Shown in pieces: positions 21,408 to 31,909 of a stretch of DNA of 64,000 nucleotides. Origin of the DNA: an uncultured virus (IMG/VR IMGVR_UViG_3300027974_001778) (Duplodnaviria; Heunggongvirae; Uroviricota; Caudoviricetes). Every line of letters begins with the position of its first letter. Within the stretch, counting starts at the first letter, position 1. The translations under genes were made by a program, and so were the position numbers. Where the stretch lies: positions 62,001 to 126,000 of IMG/VR virus record IMGVR_UViG_3300027974_001778; one strand, given 5' to 3'. The notes beneath the pieces were generated by a model. That model was not told where the DNA came from, searched no databases, and saw nothing but the letters and a program-made list of their open reading frames with translations.

Positions 21408-21420
21408 TTTCAAATAAATA

Positions 21421-23271
21421 CTATGAATTTAGTAACTTATCCAATTCTTTTGAAATTTCTCCTAAAGAATCTTGAGCTTGTCCTAAATCAATCATTCGAG
21501 ACCCTTCAATTAAGTTACTTTCAATTAAAATGTTCATGTCTTTTTTCTTAGACTCTGGAGCTAATTCTGGTTCACCTGATGGTGGTGGAACTTCTCCTTC
21601 TGCTGGAGGAGCCTCTGCAGGTGGTGGTTCAGATGGAGAACTAAATGATGGTGGTGCTCCTAATTCTTCAGTACCTCCTGGTGTAGTTGCTGCTCCTGCC
21701 GCAGGTGTCGCACCTGTCGCACTTCCGTATAATTTATCTATATTATCAAATAATCCTGTTTTAGTAATAACTGTAGGAGTTGCTTTAAGTTCTTCACCAA
21801 CAGCTCTTTCAACTCTTTGTTGTTGTAAGTCCAAACGAACTTCTTCGTCAGACCAACCAAAGATATGTTTCTTAGCCCATGTAGATGATGTCGCTTGAAT
21901 ACCATTTCCTGGGTCAGACACTAAGTCTTTATACAATAATACTTTTTCTTTCCAAACATCAATCTTCAATAAATCTGCCTGAGTTGACGGGTTTGTAAGA
22001 CCTATAGTAAAGTTTGAAAGTTCATCTTCAAACCCTAATAAGAATAAGTGAACAATCGCAATTTTGTTTAACTCAGCTAACATACTCTTTTGGATTCTGT
22101 TGATTGTACGAGCAAATCTAATGTCTTGTAATGCCAAGTTCTTACCGTCACCAACAACTTCTTCAAACCCTAAGAAAGCCTTAGGTACACGAAGTGCCGT
22201 TAATAATTTCTTTTGGATGTATTCAATATCCGCAATCTCTGATAAGTTAGTTGCTCCAGGTAATGTTGTAATTGGGTCTGGTGCCGCTGGGTCTCTTACA
22301 GGAATAAAATAATCTTGGTCAACCGCCATTTGGTTGAATCTCATATCCACATTACCTGTATTCTTGTCAACAATTTGTTCTCTTTTGAATTTGTTGGCAA
22401 CACGGTTTACGTATGCTTCAACATCATCATCGTTCATATTACCTACGAATACTTTGAACATTCTTCTCTCAGGAGCTCTTGATGTACGATAAATCAACAT
22501 CGCATCTTCTGATAATAATAATTGTTTCCAAATTCTTCTGGCTTTTTCTAACATAGAAGTACCATAAGGAAGTTTTCTATCGTCACCTAATAATCTAAAG
22601 TGAGCGATTTCCCATGATTGGAATTCCATATTTTTGTTCTTCCAAGTAAAGTGAAGGGCTTTTTTGTCTTTGTCCAACTCTTGTGTAATATCTACAGATA
22701 TTTTTGCAGTAACACCAACCTCATGTCTTTCAATTTCTATAGTTGGTAACTGTTGTACTCCAACAACACCTTTTTCAGGGTCTAACTTTAAGTAAACAAA
22801 GTTATCACCATACTTACAAGTGTTTCTTGTCCACATAGGTAAGTTGGTATTAATATCTAAATTGTTGTTGAACAAGTCGGCTAATACACCTTTTATTCTT
22901 TTTGACTCAGAATAAATCTGAAGAATAAATCCATCTTCGTTTGTTGTTGTAGATTCTTCAGCATAGATATCAAGTGCCGCTGAAATTTCTGGAGTATATT
23001 CCATCGATTCATAATCGTATTGTGCCGATAATCTGGATGGTTCGTAATAAATTGCTTGTGAGTAAAGATTGTTCTCAACCTTAGCCCATTGATTTGTTAG
23101 GTAAAAAGTTTGTTGTGCTTGTAACTTTTCTCTTTCGTATTCTTCTCTACTTTTGGTACGTAATAATTCCTTCTTATCAAACTTAAAAGTTGGATAATCT
23201 TGTTGAAGAAGTGAGTTCGGACCAAATGTTTGCGACAGTCGTTGCCAAACCGTCATATTTTGTTCTGCCAT
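21421..23271 (-). CDS. portal vertex protein (T4 gp20-like)
   Basis: YGTSMLEKARRIWKQL.L.EDAMLIYRTSRAPERRMF, DYFIPVR, TLPG..NL.EIADIEY. Confidence 0.96.
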   Translation of the reverse strand: MAEQNMTVWQRLSQTFGPNSLLQQDYPTFKFDKKELLRTKSREEYEREKLQAQQTFYLTNQWAKVENNLYSQAIYYEPSRLSAQYDYESMEYTPEISAALDIYAEESTTTNEDGFILQIYSESKRIKGVLADLFNNNLDINTNLPMWTRNTCKYGDNFVYLKLDPEKGVVGVQQLPTIEIERHEVGVTAKISVDITQELDKDKKALHFTWKNKNMEFQSWEIAHFRLLGDDRKLPYGTSMLEKARRIWKQLLLSEDAMLIYRTSRAPERRMFKVFVGNMNDDDVEAYVNRVANKFKREQIVDKNTGNVDMRFNQMAVDQDYFIPVRDPAAPDPITTLPGATNLSEIADIEYIQKKLLTALRVPKAFLGFEEVVGDGKNLALQDIRFARTINRIQKSMLAELNKIAIVHLFLLGFEDELSNFTIGLTNPSTQADLLKIDVWKEKVLLYKDLVSDPGNGIQATSSTWAKKHIFGWSDEEVRLDLQQQRVERAVGEELKATPTVITKTGLFDNIDKLYGSATGATPAAGAATTPGGTEELGAPPSFSSPSEPPPAEAPPAEGEVPPPSGEPELAPESKKKDMNILIESNLIEGSRMIDLGQAQDSLGEISKELDKLLNS

Positions 23272-23314
23272 AATGTAAATTTACTTGTTACCTTGATAAT
23301 ATAAATACTTATCG

Positions 23315-25069
23315 TTAACGAAATAACCAAGAGTATTTTTCATAGTCACCACGAGATGGACCTTGGTTTATTGGGAATTGTCTTCCCATTTGAGGAACCA
23401 TAGGATTAAAATACTCTGACGTATTTTTGTTCTCACTGATAGCTGTGGACCAAGAGTTTAACATAGCTTTAGTATGGTTTACAACTTTTTCTAAAGATTG
23501 GAATGATTTTTCTGCAACGTAAATCGCCATAGCGATACTCATGATACAATCATCATGATGTCCTTTTTGGTGGTCAGGTCTACCATTAACATAAATAAAC
23601 GTATTCATTTCATTGTATAACCTACTTGAATAAATTCTAAACTTATGTCTCATAGACTCTTCAAATGAGGCAATAATTTGAACCCTTTTATTATTAAAAT
23701 TAATACCAGGTATTTTTTCATTTAATTTAGGGTCAAACTTCCATTTGTTTGTTGTATCAACATTATCAACATACATTCCTGATTGATAACCCATCTCTTG
23801 CATTTTTCTTGCAGTTGCAACTCCCATACCCCCTGTTAAGTCAATCACACAATAGGCGTTGTACATTGTACCCCACTTATATGCAATCTCTGCAGTGATG
23901 TCTGGTGGAACTTTACCGACATATTCAAGGACTTGTTCTCTTGTATCAAAGTCAATTATTTGAATACAACTAAAGTCTTCAGAATCTCCTCTTGATACGT
24001 CGACACCCATAACATACTTATGTCCATTAACAGGTTCTTTAAAAATCCAAAGTCCTCCTCCCATCATTTTTGCCTGAGGTTCTTTGACTTGGTTTTTAGA
24101 AATATCTGTCATCATATCAGAATCAAATACGTTATCACCTGAACCTAAGAAATTACATTCCAATTCCTGAGCTACTTTACGTCTATCGTATTTTAATTTC
24201 TTAACCATACCTTCAAACCAAGAAGAACACGGTTTATATCCTTGTTCAATGTAGTCTGTTACTATGGAGTGGTCTCTATCATATGGATTGTCCATAGACA
24301 AATTAATAATGATTTCATCAAGATTGTATTCTTCTCTATTCAAAAGAAAATGAACTAAATCGTTAGTTTTAACCATATACAAGTCTTTTGTATATCGTGG
24401 GTCACGGTACCAAAACATTTCAGTTATTTTGAAATCGTTCATACCTCTCAAAGATTGGTCATAGATTTCATAATAAATTGGGTCATATCCGTTTGGTGTA
24501 GATACAACAATAACCTTACCACCCGTAGATAGTGAGGCCATACAGGCAGCCCAAAAATCTCCGTCGGCTTCAATGTAGGCGGCCTCATCAAATATCAAGA
24601 TGGTAGGGGTATAACCTCTAAGAGCATCTCGTGATGTTGCAACGGCTTTAATCTCACAACCATTAGTTAATTTGAAATGTCTTTGTGCGTTCTTTTCATT
24701 GGAGAAAGTTACTCCAACCCACGAAGGCCACTGTTCTGTGAACCCTCTAACCTTATTTGCCATCTCCACTGCCGTATCTAATTTGTTGGCAATGATTAGG
24801 ATTTTTTCAGGTTTATTCTTTTTGGCAAAAACTAATCTTTTTGATGCCCATGCAGCGGTAACTGTTGAAACTCCTGCCTGTCTGTATTTCAGGGCAACGT
24901 TTTCATTGTAGTTATCGTAATCTTCGATTAATTTTATTTGGTCTGGAAATAAATCTAACGGAACGTATTTGGATACGGTGTTATCGTAGGTCTGTAAATA
25001 AGTACGAAGTGCGTAAGGAGTATTCCTCATACACTTCGTCACTTCTATAATTAATTGTTCTCTATTCAC
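23315..25069 (-). CDS. terL: terminase large subunit (T4 gp17-like)
   Basis: KYRQAGVST Walker A, ILIFDEAAYI Walker B, STPNG, QELECNFLGS, GVDVSRG, HHDDCIMS. Confidence 0.96.
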   Translation of the reverse strand: MNREQLIIEVTKCMRNTPYALRTYLQTYDNTVSKYVPLDLFPDQIKLIEDYDNYNENVALKYRQAGVSTVTAAWASKRLVFAKKNKPEKILIIANKLDTAVEMANKVRGFTEQWPSWVGVTFSNEKNAQRHFKLTNGCEIKAVATSRDALRGYTPTILIFDEAAYIEADGDFWAACMASLSTGGKVIVVSTPNGYDPIYYEIYDQSLRGMNDFKITEMFWYRDPRYTKDLYMVKTNDLVHFLLNREEYNLDEIIINLSMDNPYDRDHSIVTDYIEQGYKPCSSWFEGMVKKLKYDRRKVAQELECNFLGSGDNVFDSDMMTDISKNQVKEPQAKMMGGGLWIFKEPVNGHKYVMGVDVSRGDSEDFSCIQIIDFDTREQVLEYVGKVPPDITAEIAYKWGTMYNAYCVIDLTGGMGVATARKMQEMGYQSGMYVDNVDTTNKWKFDPKLNEKIPGINFNNKRVQIIASFEESMRHKFRIYSSRLYNEMNTFIYVNGRPDHQKGHHDDCIMSIAMAIYVAEKSFQSLEKVVNHTKAMLNSWSTAISENKNTSEYFNPMVPQMGRQFPINQGPSRGDYEKYSWLFR

Positions 25070-25078
25070 AAATTTTGG

Positions 25079-26512
25079 TTATTTGGATAACGATATGCCC
25101 AAACCACCTAATAAGTCGTCAAGATTGTCGGGTTTTTTTATCCCCAAACTATCTAAGTAATTATCCATGTCTGTAAGATAATCCTCATCATCGTCCTCTT
25201 CTTCAGGGGCATAATCAACATCAGAATCTTCATCATCGTCGTAAGAACTAAACTTACCACTAGGATTTAAATTACTATCGTCAGATTCACCATCTTCTCT
25301 AAAATTATCAAAGTCAGACTTCATTTTTTGAGCCTCTTTCATAATTTCTTTAAATTTTGAAGTTGCAATTTTAACTTTTGATTGGTCTTCAGATATTGCA
25401 TTTCCGATAATTTTTAAAAATTCTTGTGCAGGTATTTGATATAATAATATGTGGAACCAAGGAGTTAAACCTTTATTTGATTCATCATACATTTCGTCAG
25501 GTAATGCGTATCTAAGTTTTTCTACAATTTCAGGGCCTATTCTCAATTGCATTGGTTCGTTAGATAATACATCAACAGCTCCTCTAACTTTTTGACGAAT
25601 TTCAGGATTTTTAGAATGACCGTATCTACCTTTGGCTTCTTCTAACCCTTTAATAATTTCATGACATAAAATTGGAAAAATCAACCCTACTGCAACAATT
25701 TTTGTGTCAGGTTGTTCTTCACCTTCCCCTTCTTCTCCACCTTCTTCTCCTTCATCGTCTGCGTCGTCTAATGATACTTTACCTGCCACACCTTGACCTG
25801 TTTGACTCATCATCTCAATCATTTGTTCCATAGTAAAATACATGAAATCATTAATTGCCATGATACCTAAATAATCTCTATATAAAGATGGGTCAATTGC
25901 ATCTAATCTTGCTTTAACCGCTGGTTTTTGAAAAAGGTAATGTCCTCTTTTTGCCGACCCTTGAATGATGGCATTTATAATATTTCTTTTATGTTTTTCT
26001 AATTCTAATTCTTCTTCATCTGTTAAATCTTCAATATCAAAAGATGGAATTTCTAATTTTTCTTCTTCTTCTTCTTCATCATCTTTAGGCTCTTCTGGCT
26101 GATATCTAAAATCTGATGTATCTGGTTGTTCTCCTAAATGAGCATCAATTTGATACCATCCTTCAGGTACTTCACCTTCATCTAAACAAGCGTCAATCGC
26201 CAATTGTATAAGTTCATCTTTATGAGCAGCCTCAATTCTCATGATATTAGGAATTTTCCTCATCATTTCATTGTAAACCATCCCTTGAACTTGTTTTGAA
26301 CTTAAATCTGCTATTCCCGTTACTTGTCTTAATTTGTCAGCTACTTTTTGAAATCTTTGACTGACTAATCTTTGAACATCAGCAGGTCCCTTTTTCATTG
26401 CAGGATTTTGTGCGTACAAACTTTCAGGACTACCTAATTTTTTTACTAAACTTGGGTCCATTCTTTCGGGAGTATTTCCGTAATCTATTTGTTCTTTAAT
26501 CTTTTTTGCCAT
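25079..26512 (-). CDS. hypothetical acidic protein
   Basis: 477-aa ORF in operon upstream of terL. Confidence 0.75.
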   Translation of the reverse strand: MAKKIKEQIDYGNTPERMDPSLVKKLGSPESLYAQNPAMKKGPADVQRLVSQRFQKVADKLRQVTGIADLSSKQVQGMVYNEMMRKIPNIMRIEAAHKDELIQLAIDACLDEGEVPEGWYQIDAHLGEQPDTSDFRYQPEEPKDDEEEEEEKLEIPSFDIEDLTDEEELELEKHKRNIINAIIQGSAKRGHYLFQKPAVKARLDAIDPSLYRDYLGIMAINDFMYFTMEQMIEMMSQTGQGVAGKVSLDDADDEGEEGGEEGEGEEQPDTKIVAVGLIFPILCHEIIKGLEEAKGRYGHSKNPEIRQKVRGAVDVLSNEPMQLRIGPEIVEKLRYALPDEMYDESNKGLTPWFHILLYQIPAQEFLKIIGNAISEDQSKVKIATSKFKEIMKEAQKMKSDFDNFREDGESDDSNLNPSGKFSSYDDDEDSDVDYAPEEEDDDEDYLTDMDNYLDSLGIKKPDNLDDLLGGLGISLSK

Positions 26513-26513
26513 T

Positions 26514-27536
26514 TTACTTTTGTAGGAGGTTTAATATTACGTCAATTACTTTATCTTTTGTTTCTTCAGGAGAAGGGTTTTTTGCCTTTGGGGACTCTTT
26601 TTCGCCAGGGTTTGGATTCTTACCAGGATGTGCAGGTCTTTGAGGTTTTGTGCCAGGTTTTGTTGTCGGACTTGTTTTTGGTTTTGTTGGCGCAACTGCT
26701 GGATTTTGTTCCCCAACTTCTTTTTTTACTTTTGCCTTTGGAGCTTCTTTTTCACCAGGGTTTGGATTTTTACCAGGATGTGCGGGTCTTGGTTTTTTAT
26801 CAGGTGCTCCTGGTTTTGTTGTTGGTGATGTTTTTGGTTTTGCTGGAGCAGTTTCAGTATTAGAACTTTTACCAAATGATTGCAAGTGTTTTGTTGCAAA
26901 ATTTTCACCTTCGGACAGATGTCTAATTAAATCACCCTTAGTGATTCTCGGTGGTAAATTCTTTTCTACTATTTTCATAATTTGATTTTCGATGAACAAA
27001 GATACAGGATTTTTTCCTTCTTTCAACTGGTCTTTTACAGATTGTACACATCTTTCAAATTTTCTTGTTTTTTTAGGACCAACTTGTGCATGGCATATTG
27101 CCCATGGATTTGGTTGTCCTGGCTTAAGGTCAGCTTCACTTTCAAACATACCCATACCGTCATCTCCACCACCAAATCCATCATCACTAGATGGACCGTC
27201 GTCATTTCCAACACTATTACCTGCATAAGGGTCAAAACCACTATCTTTTTCGGCAGAATCATCTAAATCAGCATCTTCCTCTAATTCAGATTCGTTTGGA
27301 GTTGCAACAACATCTCCTGTTGGTGTTTTCTTTACATTATACCCTTTTGGTGATGGTGGTAAATTTCCACCGTCTTGTCCAACTTTATAACTTTTTTTAG
27401 TCGGCATTTCTTCAACTTGTTCCCCTAAAAATAATCTATTATGTAGAACATTAATTTGAGATTCATCTAACTTACTAACTGTTGTAGATGATAACCCTTT
27501 TTCTATAAGTTCTAATGCTTTTTTATTAATTTTCAT
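26514..27536 (-). CDS. hypothetical protein with duplicated Pro/Lys-rich C-terminal segment
   Basis: Two copies of KPKTSPTTKPG..RPAHPGKNPNPGEKE. Confidence 0.75.
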   Translation of the reverse strand: MKINKKALELIEKGLSSTTVSKLDESQINVLHNRLFLGEQVEEMPTKKSYKVGQDGGNLPPSPKGYNVKKTPTGDVVATPNESELEEDADLDDSAEKDSGFDPYAGNSVGNDDGPSSDDGFGGGDDGMGMFESEADLKPGQPNPWAICHAQVGPKKTRKFERCVQSVKDQLKEGKNPVSLFIENQIMKIVEKNLPPRITKGDLIRHLSEGENFATKHLQSFGKSSNTETAPAKPKTSPTTKPGAPDKKPRPAHPGKNPNPGEKEAPKAKVKKEVGEQNPAVAPTKPKTSPTTKPGTKPQRPAHPGKNPNPGEKESPKAKNPSPEETKDKVIDVILNLLQK

Positions 27537-27921
27537 ATACTACTTTCTTTTCAAATTCTAAAATCAAATCTCGTTCATAGAGTTTGTCTTTTATTTGTTG
27601 TTCGGTCATTCCGAATCTAAAAACCATACGATTTTGTCCATTTTCTTCATCAGGTTCCCAGGCTAATGCGACAACATCGTCAATCGCATCTATCATACAA
27701 AAAAAATCGGAGTTCTGAATCAATTCCAATTTTATATCAGTATTTCTCAGAACTCCTACTTTTTTAATATATTGTAACTCAGGAGGCCCAGGATAACCAT
27801 TTGATGGTTTACTTTCCCAAGATTCCCCCCACACATCCAGACTTTCAGAGAATATGAATTCGTAAAGATTGTCTCCCTTATAGTTGGGTCCTAAACCATT
27901 TACGTATATCAAATTACTCAT
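27526..27921 (-). CDS. hypothetical protein
   Basis: Coupled ORF. Confidence 0.75.
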   Translation of the reverse strand: MSNLIYVNGLGPNYKGDNLYEFIFSESLDVWGESWESKPSNGYPGPPELQYIKKVGVLRNTDIKLELIQNSDFFCMIDAIDDVVALAWEPDEENGQNRMVFRFGMTEQQIKDKLYERDLILEFEKKVVYEN

Positions 27922-27922
27922 A

Positions 27923-29149
27923 TTACAAAATTTGTCCTTCAGGTGTTATTCTAACTTGTTTACCTTTGTTTTCAAATACCAAGTTTTTCTTATTGGTTTT
28001 GCCAACAATCTTAGCTGAAGAATTTTTAGTTAAGAATTGTTGAGACGCTAATTCTTGTTCAATTGTTTCAGTTAACTTAACAACCGCACCCATTTGTTTT
28101 CTAACTTCAGAAATTTTTGCTACTTTTTTCTTAGCAACTTTTTCTCTACTTTCCATGATTTCTTTTTTAGTAACTTCAAAATACTTTGAGATTACCTTAT
28201 CAATTTTTGATTCACCAAAGATATGGTCTAAAATTGCACCATTTCCAAAGTCTTCTTCCATTTCACTTTCAACAGGCATGTCCATATCAGCTTGGATATC
28301 TTCAACCTCAGTATCGTCAGTAAAGTCTTCACCTCCCATATCATCACCACCCATGTCTTCAGAATCTTCATCAAACTTATCCATGATATCATCTTTATCT
28401 TCTTCACTTAAAGATTTCAAATCTAAAGATGAAATAACCATATTAATAACATATTTGATATCTTCAGAAGTCATTCCTTCTTCATTATCTAAAGTTCTAA
28501 TTTTTTGAGTTAATTTACCTGTTAGTTTTTGAATTGTTTTAAACGTTACTTGTTCGTCATCTCCTCCGTCCATTTCCATGTCTACATCTGCGTCCATTTC
28601 AACGTCACCTTCAGGTCCCATTTCTGCGTCAATATCTAATGAATCTACACCCATACCCTCATCTCCCATTGGTGATGGTGGTAATTCAGGTGAAGGTACT
28701 GCTGGAGGTGCCATAGGTGGAACCGCAGCTTCCATTGGTGCTGGTGCTGGTGCTGGTACAGGTTCTGGTTTAGGAGTTTTTAAAGTATATCTTTTTTGTT
28801 CTCCAAACATTGAAGTACCTTCTTCGTTTTCGTTAAGTCTATTCAACTCACCTGCAACTAAATTTAATCTTTTTAATGCCTGAGAATATGAAGAATAGTA
28901 TTTTCTATTTTTCATTGGCTCAATATAATCAGTTTCAGATTCAGAAATAGTTTTCTTAATGATGTAACCTTGTCTTTCTTTAACGATTTCGTAGTTACTT
29001 CCATCAGACAAAGTTCTTGAATACTCTGATTTTGAAGTTTCATTTATACTCGATGGAGTCGTCTCGTTAAAACGAGCGATTTCCATTATTCTTTTTATTT
29101 TATCTTGACCTTGAAGTTTTTCACTGCCAATTGGTTTTAAATCTCCCAT
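27923..29149 (-). CDS. hypothetical acidic protein (possible prohead core component)
   Basis: IKRIMEIARFNE leader, acidic/Pro-rich linker. Confidence 0.7.
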   Translation of the reverse strand: MGDLKPIGSEKLQGQDKIKRIMEIARFNETTPSSINETSKSEYSRTLSDGSNYEIVKERQGYIIKKTISESETDYIEPMKNRKYYSSYSQALKRLNLVAGELNRLNENEEGTSMFGEQKRYTLKTPKPEPVPAPAPAPMEAAVPPMAPPAVPSPELPPSPMGDEGMGVDSLDIDAEMGPEGDVEMDADVDMEMDGGDDEQVTFKTIQKLTGKLTQKIRTLDNEEGMTSEDIKYVINMVISSLDLKSLSEEDKDDIMDKFDEDSEDMGGDDMGGEDFTDDTEVEDIQADMDMPVESEMEEDFGNGAILDHIFGESKIDKVISKYFEVTKKEIMESREKVAKKKVAKISEVRKQMGAVVKLTETIEQELASQQFLTKNSSAKIVGKTNKKNLVFENKGKQVRITPEGQIL

Positions 29150-29167
29150 ATTATGATTTATTTATTT

Positions 29168-29986
29168 TTAATTATTTAATCCGTTAAATCCACCTATTGT
29201 GATTGCGTTTAATTGTTGTACCGCTTCACCCAATTGATTTGTAAATACAGGGTGAGGTGCGTAAGCCCCACTAAAATCTGCACTTCCACCACTGAAACTT
29301 CCTAAAATATCAAGAGTGTAAGCATATTGTTGGTCAGCAGAAAATCCTGTAAATCCTGGTGTTTGTGATGGTGTAGGTGTAACCGTTGGAGTTACTCCTG
29401 CCGTTCCTGTTGGTGTTGGAGTTACTCCTGCTGTTCCTGTTGGTGTTGGAGTCGGTGTCTTTGTTGCAGTGTTAGTTGGCGTTTGAGTTTGTGTCGTAGT
29501 AACTGTTGGAGTCGGTGTCTTTGTTGCAGTGTTAGTTGGCGTTTGAGTTTGTGTCGTAGTAACTGTTGGAGTCGGTGTCTTTGTTGCAGTGTTAGTTGGC
29601 GTTGGTGTTGATGTTACACTTGCCGTTCTTGTCGGTGTTGGAGTTGGTGTAACGGCCGCGGTTCCTGTTGGTGTTGGTGTAGATGTTACACTTGCGGTTC
29701 CTGTTGGTGTTGGTGTTTTTGTTGGAGTTGTTGTTACTGTTGGCGTTGGAGTCACAATAGCTTGGCAAGTAGCGCAATCAGTATAATCTATTGACATAGT
29801 TAGTACTTTGTCAATTCCAGTTGATGGTTCTGCATTATCAATAATGTCATAACATCCCTGAGTTGTCCCGCCAGTAAATGTTAAATAATAATTTCCATTA
29901 ACCGCAGGCAGTGATGAACTATCAAAATCAACTAATATTGAAGCTCCGCCAGCACAAGGACCTATAAGATATGTTACTAATGCCAT
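29168..29986 (-). CDS. Thr/Pro-rich (mucin-like linker) probable virion surface protein
   Basis: About 130 aa of TPTPT repeats between small globular ends; TATTTATA at 30001-30008. Confidence 0.7.
   Translation of the reverse strand: MALVTYLIGPCAGGASILVDFDSSSLPAVNGNYYLTFTGGTTQGCYDIIDNAEPSTGIDKVLTMSIDYTDCATCQAIVTPTPTVTTTPTKTPTPTGTASVTSTPTPTGTAAVTPTPTPTRTASVTSTPTPTNTATKTPTPTVTTTQTQTPTNTATKTPTPTVTTTQTQTPTNTATKTPTPTPTGTAGVTPTPTGTAGVTPTVTPTPSQTPGFTGFSADQQYAYTLDILGSFSGGSADFSGAYAPHPVFTNQLGEAVQQLNAITIGGFNGLNN
29445..29603 (-). repeat. 60-nt tandem repeat (about 2.6 copies) encoding [20 protein letters not shown]
   Basis: Lines 29461 and 29521 are identical. Confidence 0.9.
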
Positions 29987-30023
29987 CTAATTTTTTTCTT
30001 TATAAATATATGACTAATACTAA

Positions 30024-30776
30024 TTATTTACGGATTTCTTGAATTTGTCCTTCTATGGACAACTCTTTATCCTTGATTTTAGTCTTTTCGTCAAAAAGTT
30101 TACCAATATGCCCAGACCTTCTTAAATATTTGAAAACCAAGTTCTCATAAGAAAATTCTCCATCTTTGTCTAACCCTGACTGTCTATAGTCTTTTAGTTT
30201 GTCTTTTAATTTTTTTAATGTTTCAACATTCCCTTCAGATTTTGCATCTTCAATTGCGTCATCAATCTTATCTGTCCAACTTTTAATTTTGGTTTTTAAA
30301 ACTGACATGTCCAAATCTTTACTTGTTCTTTTAGGTTTGTGAATCCATTCATTATTCATTACAGAATAAACACCATCACTATGAGATTCATCTGAAATGC
30401 CTTGAGCATAAACTTCTACATCATATCCAAAAATTTTAATGTTATGTTTGTCGTTAAAAAGTTTCTTTTTTAAATCAAAAAGTTCTTTATATAAATCTTC
30501 TTGATTTTCATATTTTTCAAAATCAACAATAACATGTAAATCAAAGTCTGAATATTCAGACCAATTAAAATTAGCCAATGAACCCATTAGATAAACGTCT
30601 TCAACAAAAACATCTTCTCCTAAGTCATCAACAAATTCAACTGCGATGCGTTCAAGAGCTTTCCTAACTTTAGGAATCATCGTAGCCTTTTTAGGGTCTT
30701 CAGGATTTTCCCAAACTTTTGGATTTAAAGTTTCTTTAATTGAAAAACTATGTAAAATTTTTTCGAAGTTGCTCAT
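30024..30776 (-). CDS. Pol-beta-superfamily nucleotidyltransferase
   Basis: MGSLANFNWSEYSDFDLH (GS..DxD) and downstream DVEVY. Confidence 0.75.
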   Translation of the reverse strand: MSNFEKILHSFSIKETLNPKVWENPEDPKKATMIPKVRKALERIAVEFVDDLGEDVFVEDVYLMGSLANFNWSEYSDFDLHVIVDFEKYENQEDLYKELFDLKKKLFNDKHNIKIFGYDVEVYAQGISDESHSDGVYSVMNNEWIHKPKRTSKDLDMSVLKTKIKSWTDKIDDAIEDAKSEGNVETLKKLKDKLKDYRQSGLDKDGEFSYENLVFKYLRRSGHIGKLFDEKTKIKDKELSIEGQIQEIRK

Positions 30777-30797
30777 CCTAAATAAATAGTAGGATAA

Positions 30798-31040
30798 CTA
30801 TAGTTTTTTATACTTATACTTTTTTGAAATATCTGTGGTAAAATACTTTCCCTGTGATTCGGATTTTCTGAAGGCAGTGTATGCCTGATGAGGTACTCCC
30901 TCGTATTCATATTTTAATCCGTTATTAAACTCAACGATTAACTTATTTGTTTCAGTATCGTATTCAGTTTTCTTAATGTTTGAAGATTTAATTTCATTCA
31001 AAATCTTCGTCCCCTTGATTTCCTCTTTTGTAATTGCCAT
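30798..31040 (-). CDS. KTSC domain protein
   Basis: SSNIKKTEYD....LIVEFNNG..YEY.GVP...Y..F....SQGKYF. Confidence 0.9.
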   Translation of the reverse strand: MAITKEEIKGTKILNEIKSSNIKKTEYDTETNKLIVEFNNGLKYEYEGVPHQAYTAFRKSESQGKYFTTDISKKYKYKKL

Positions 31041-31329
31041 GGCTTAATGGTGTTAGTTCATCTATTTTAGTTAATATTGGTTTCATGTAATCTGTAAATT
31101 CATTCCAATCAATATTAAAACCATAATCTTTTACTTGCTGAAATAAAGCTTTTTGTCTTAGACCAAACCTTTGATGTAACGTCATCATCAAAGGTGTATA
31201 CGTCGGAGGGCTTTCTAAATCGCTGTCACTAAACCCTATCTCTTGGAAATGTTGTCTTAATTGTAGATATATTTCTATAAGTTCTTTAAGACCAATACTT
31301 TCGTTTAAAAATTTTTCATATGGTTTCAT
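30994..31329 (-). CDS. hypothetical protein
   Basis: Divergent from 31340 across a palindromic TATTTATAAATA. Confidence 0.7.
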   Translation of the reverse strand: MKPYEKFLNESIGLKELIEIYLQLRQHFQEIGFSDSDLESPPTYTPLMMTLHQRFGLRQKALFQQVKDYGFNIDWNEFTDYMKPILTKIDELTPLSHGNYKRGNQGDEDFE

Positions 31330-31342
31330 ATTTATAAATATG
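31327..31342. promoter_or_regulatory. bidirectional TATTTATA element between two divergent ATGs
   Basis: Perfect 16-bp palindrome CATATTTATAAATATG. Confidence 0.7.
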
Positions 31343-31909
31343 GTTATAAATGAGACTTTTCAATTACATGGTAAAATTAATGTTGAGCCAATTCTAAAAA
31401 TTATGTCCGACAATAATTTAGATTGGGATGAATTTACTGACCGACAAAAACGGTATGGTTCCGAACATATACACACTAAAACAATACCAATAATTTTTGA
31501 TAAGTCATTTAATTTTAACCATTTAAAAATTATGCCAACCAACCATTATCCTTTATTTGTAAATGAACTTACAGAGATGGAAAATCATATTAAAGCGAAT
31601 ACTGGTGAAAATGGTAAAATTATGAGGGCTCTTTTAGTTAAACTAACTGCAGGTAAATCAATTAGACCTCACGTAGATGTTGTTGGATTTAGCTTATCTA
31701 TTGGCAGGAGAATTCATATTCCAATACAAACAAATGATGATTGTTTTTTTACCGTAGGTGATGACAAGAGGAATTTAAAATTAGGTGAAATGTGGGAAAT
31801 TAATAATGATAAAAAAATGCACTCCGCTGAAAATTTAGGACAAACAGATAGGATACATTTAATTGTTGATTGGATTGAGGAATCTTTATTTGAAAAATAT
31901 GATAGATAA
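31340..31909 (+). CDS. aspartyl/asparaginyl beta-hydroxylase-like 2OG-Fe(II) oxygenase
   Basis: IRPHVD, RIHIPIQTN, MHSAEN.G.TDRIHLIVD. Confidence 0.85.
   Translation: MVINETFQLHGKINVEPILKIMSDNNLDWDEFTDRQKRYGSEHIHTKTIPIIFDKSFNFNHLKIMPTNHYPLFVNELTEMENHIKANTGENGKIMRALLVKLTAGKSIRPHVDVVGFSLSIGRRIHIPIQTNDDCFFTVGDDKRNLKLGEMWEINNDKKMHSAENLGQTDRIHLIVDWIEESLFEKYDR

Noticed and set aside
15085..25069. Introns or inteins in capsid, portal or terminase
   Set aside because: ORFs are continuous and show no intein C1/HN or LAGLIDADG motifs
15564..28883. Plus-strand ORFs antisense to capsid, scaffold, portal, terminase and neighbours (other than bS21)
   Set aside because: Shadow ORFs of low-complexity or biased coding on the opposite strand
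30001..30008. TATAAATA as a T4-type late promoter in sense orientation
   Set aside because: Relative to downstream genes the motif is consistently oriented as TATTTATA on both strands
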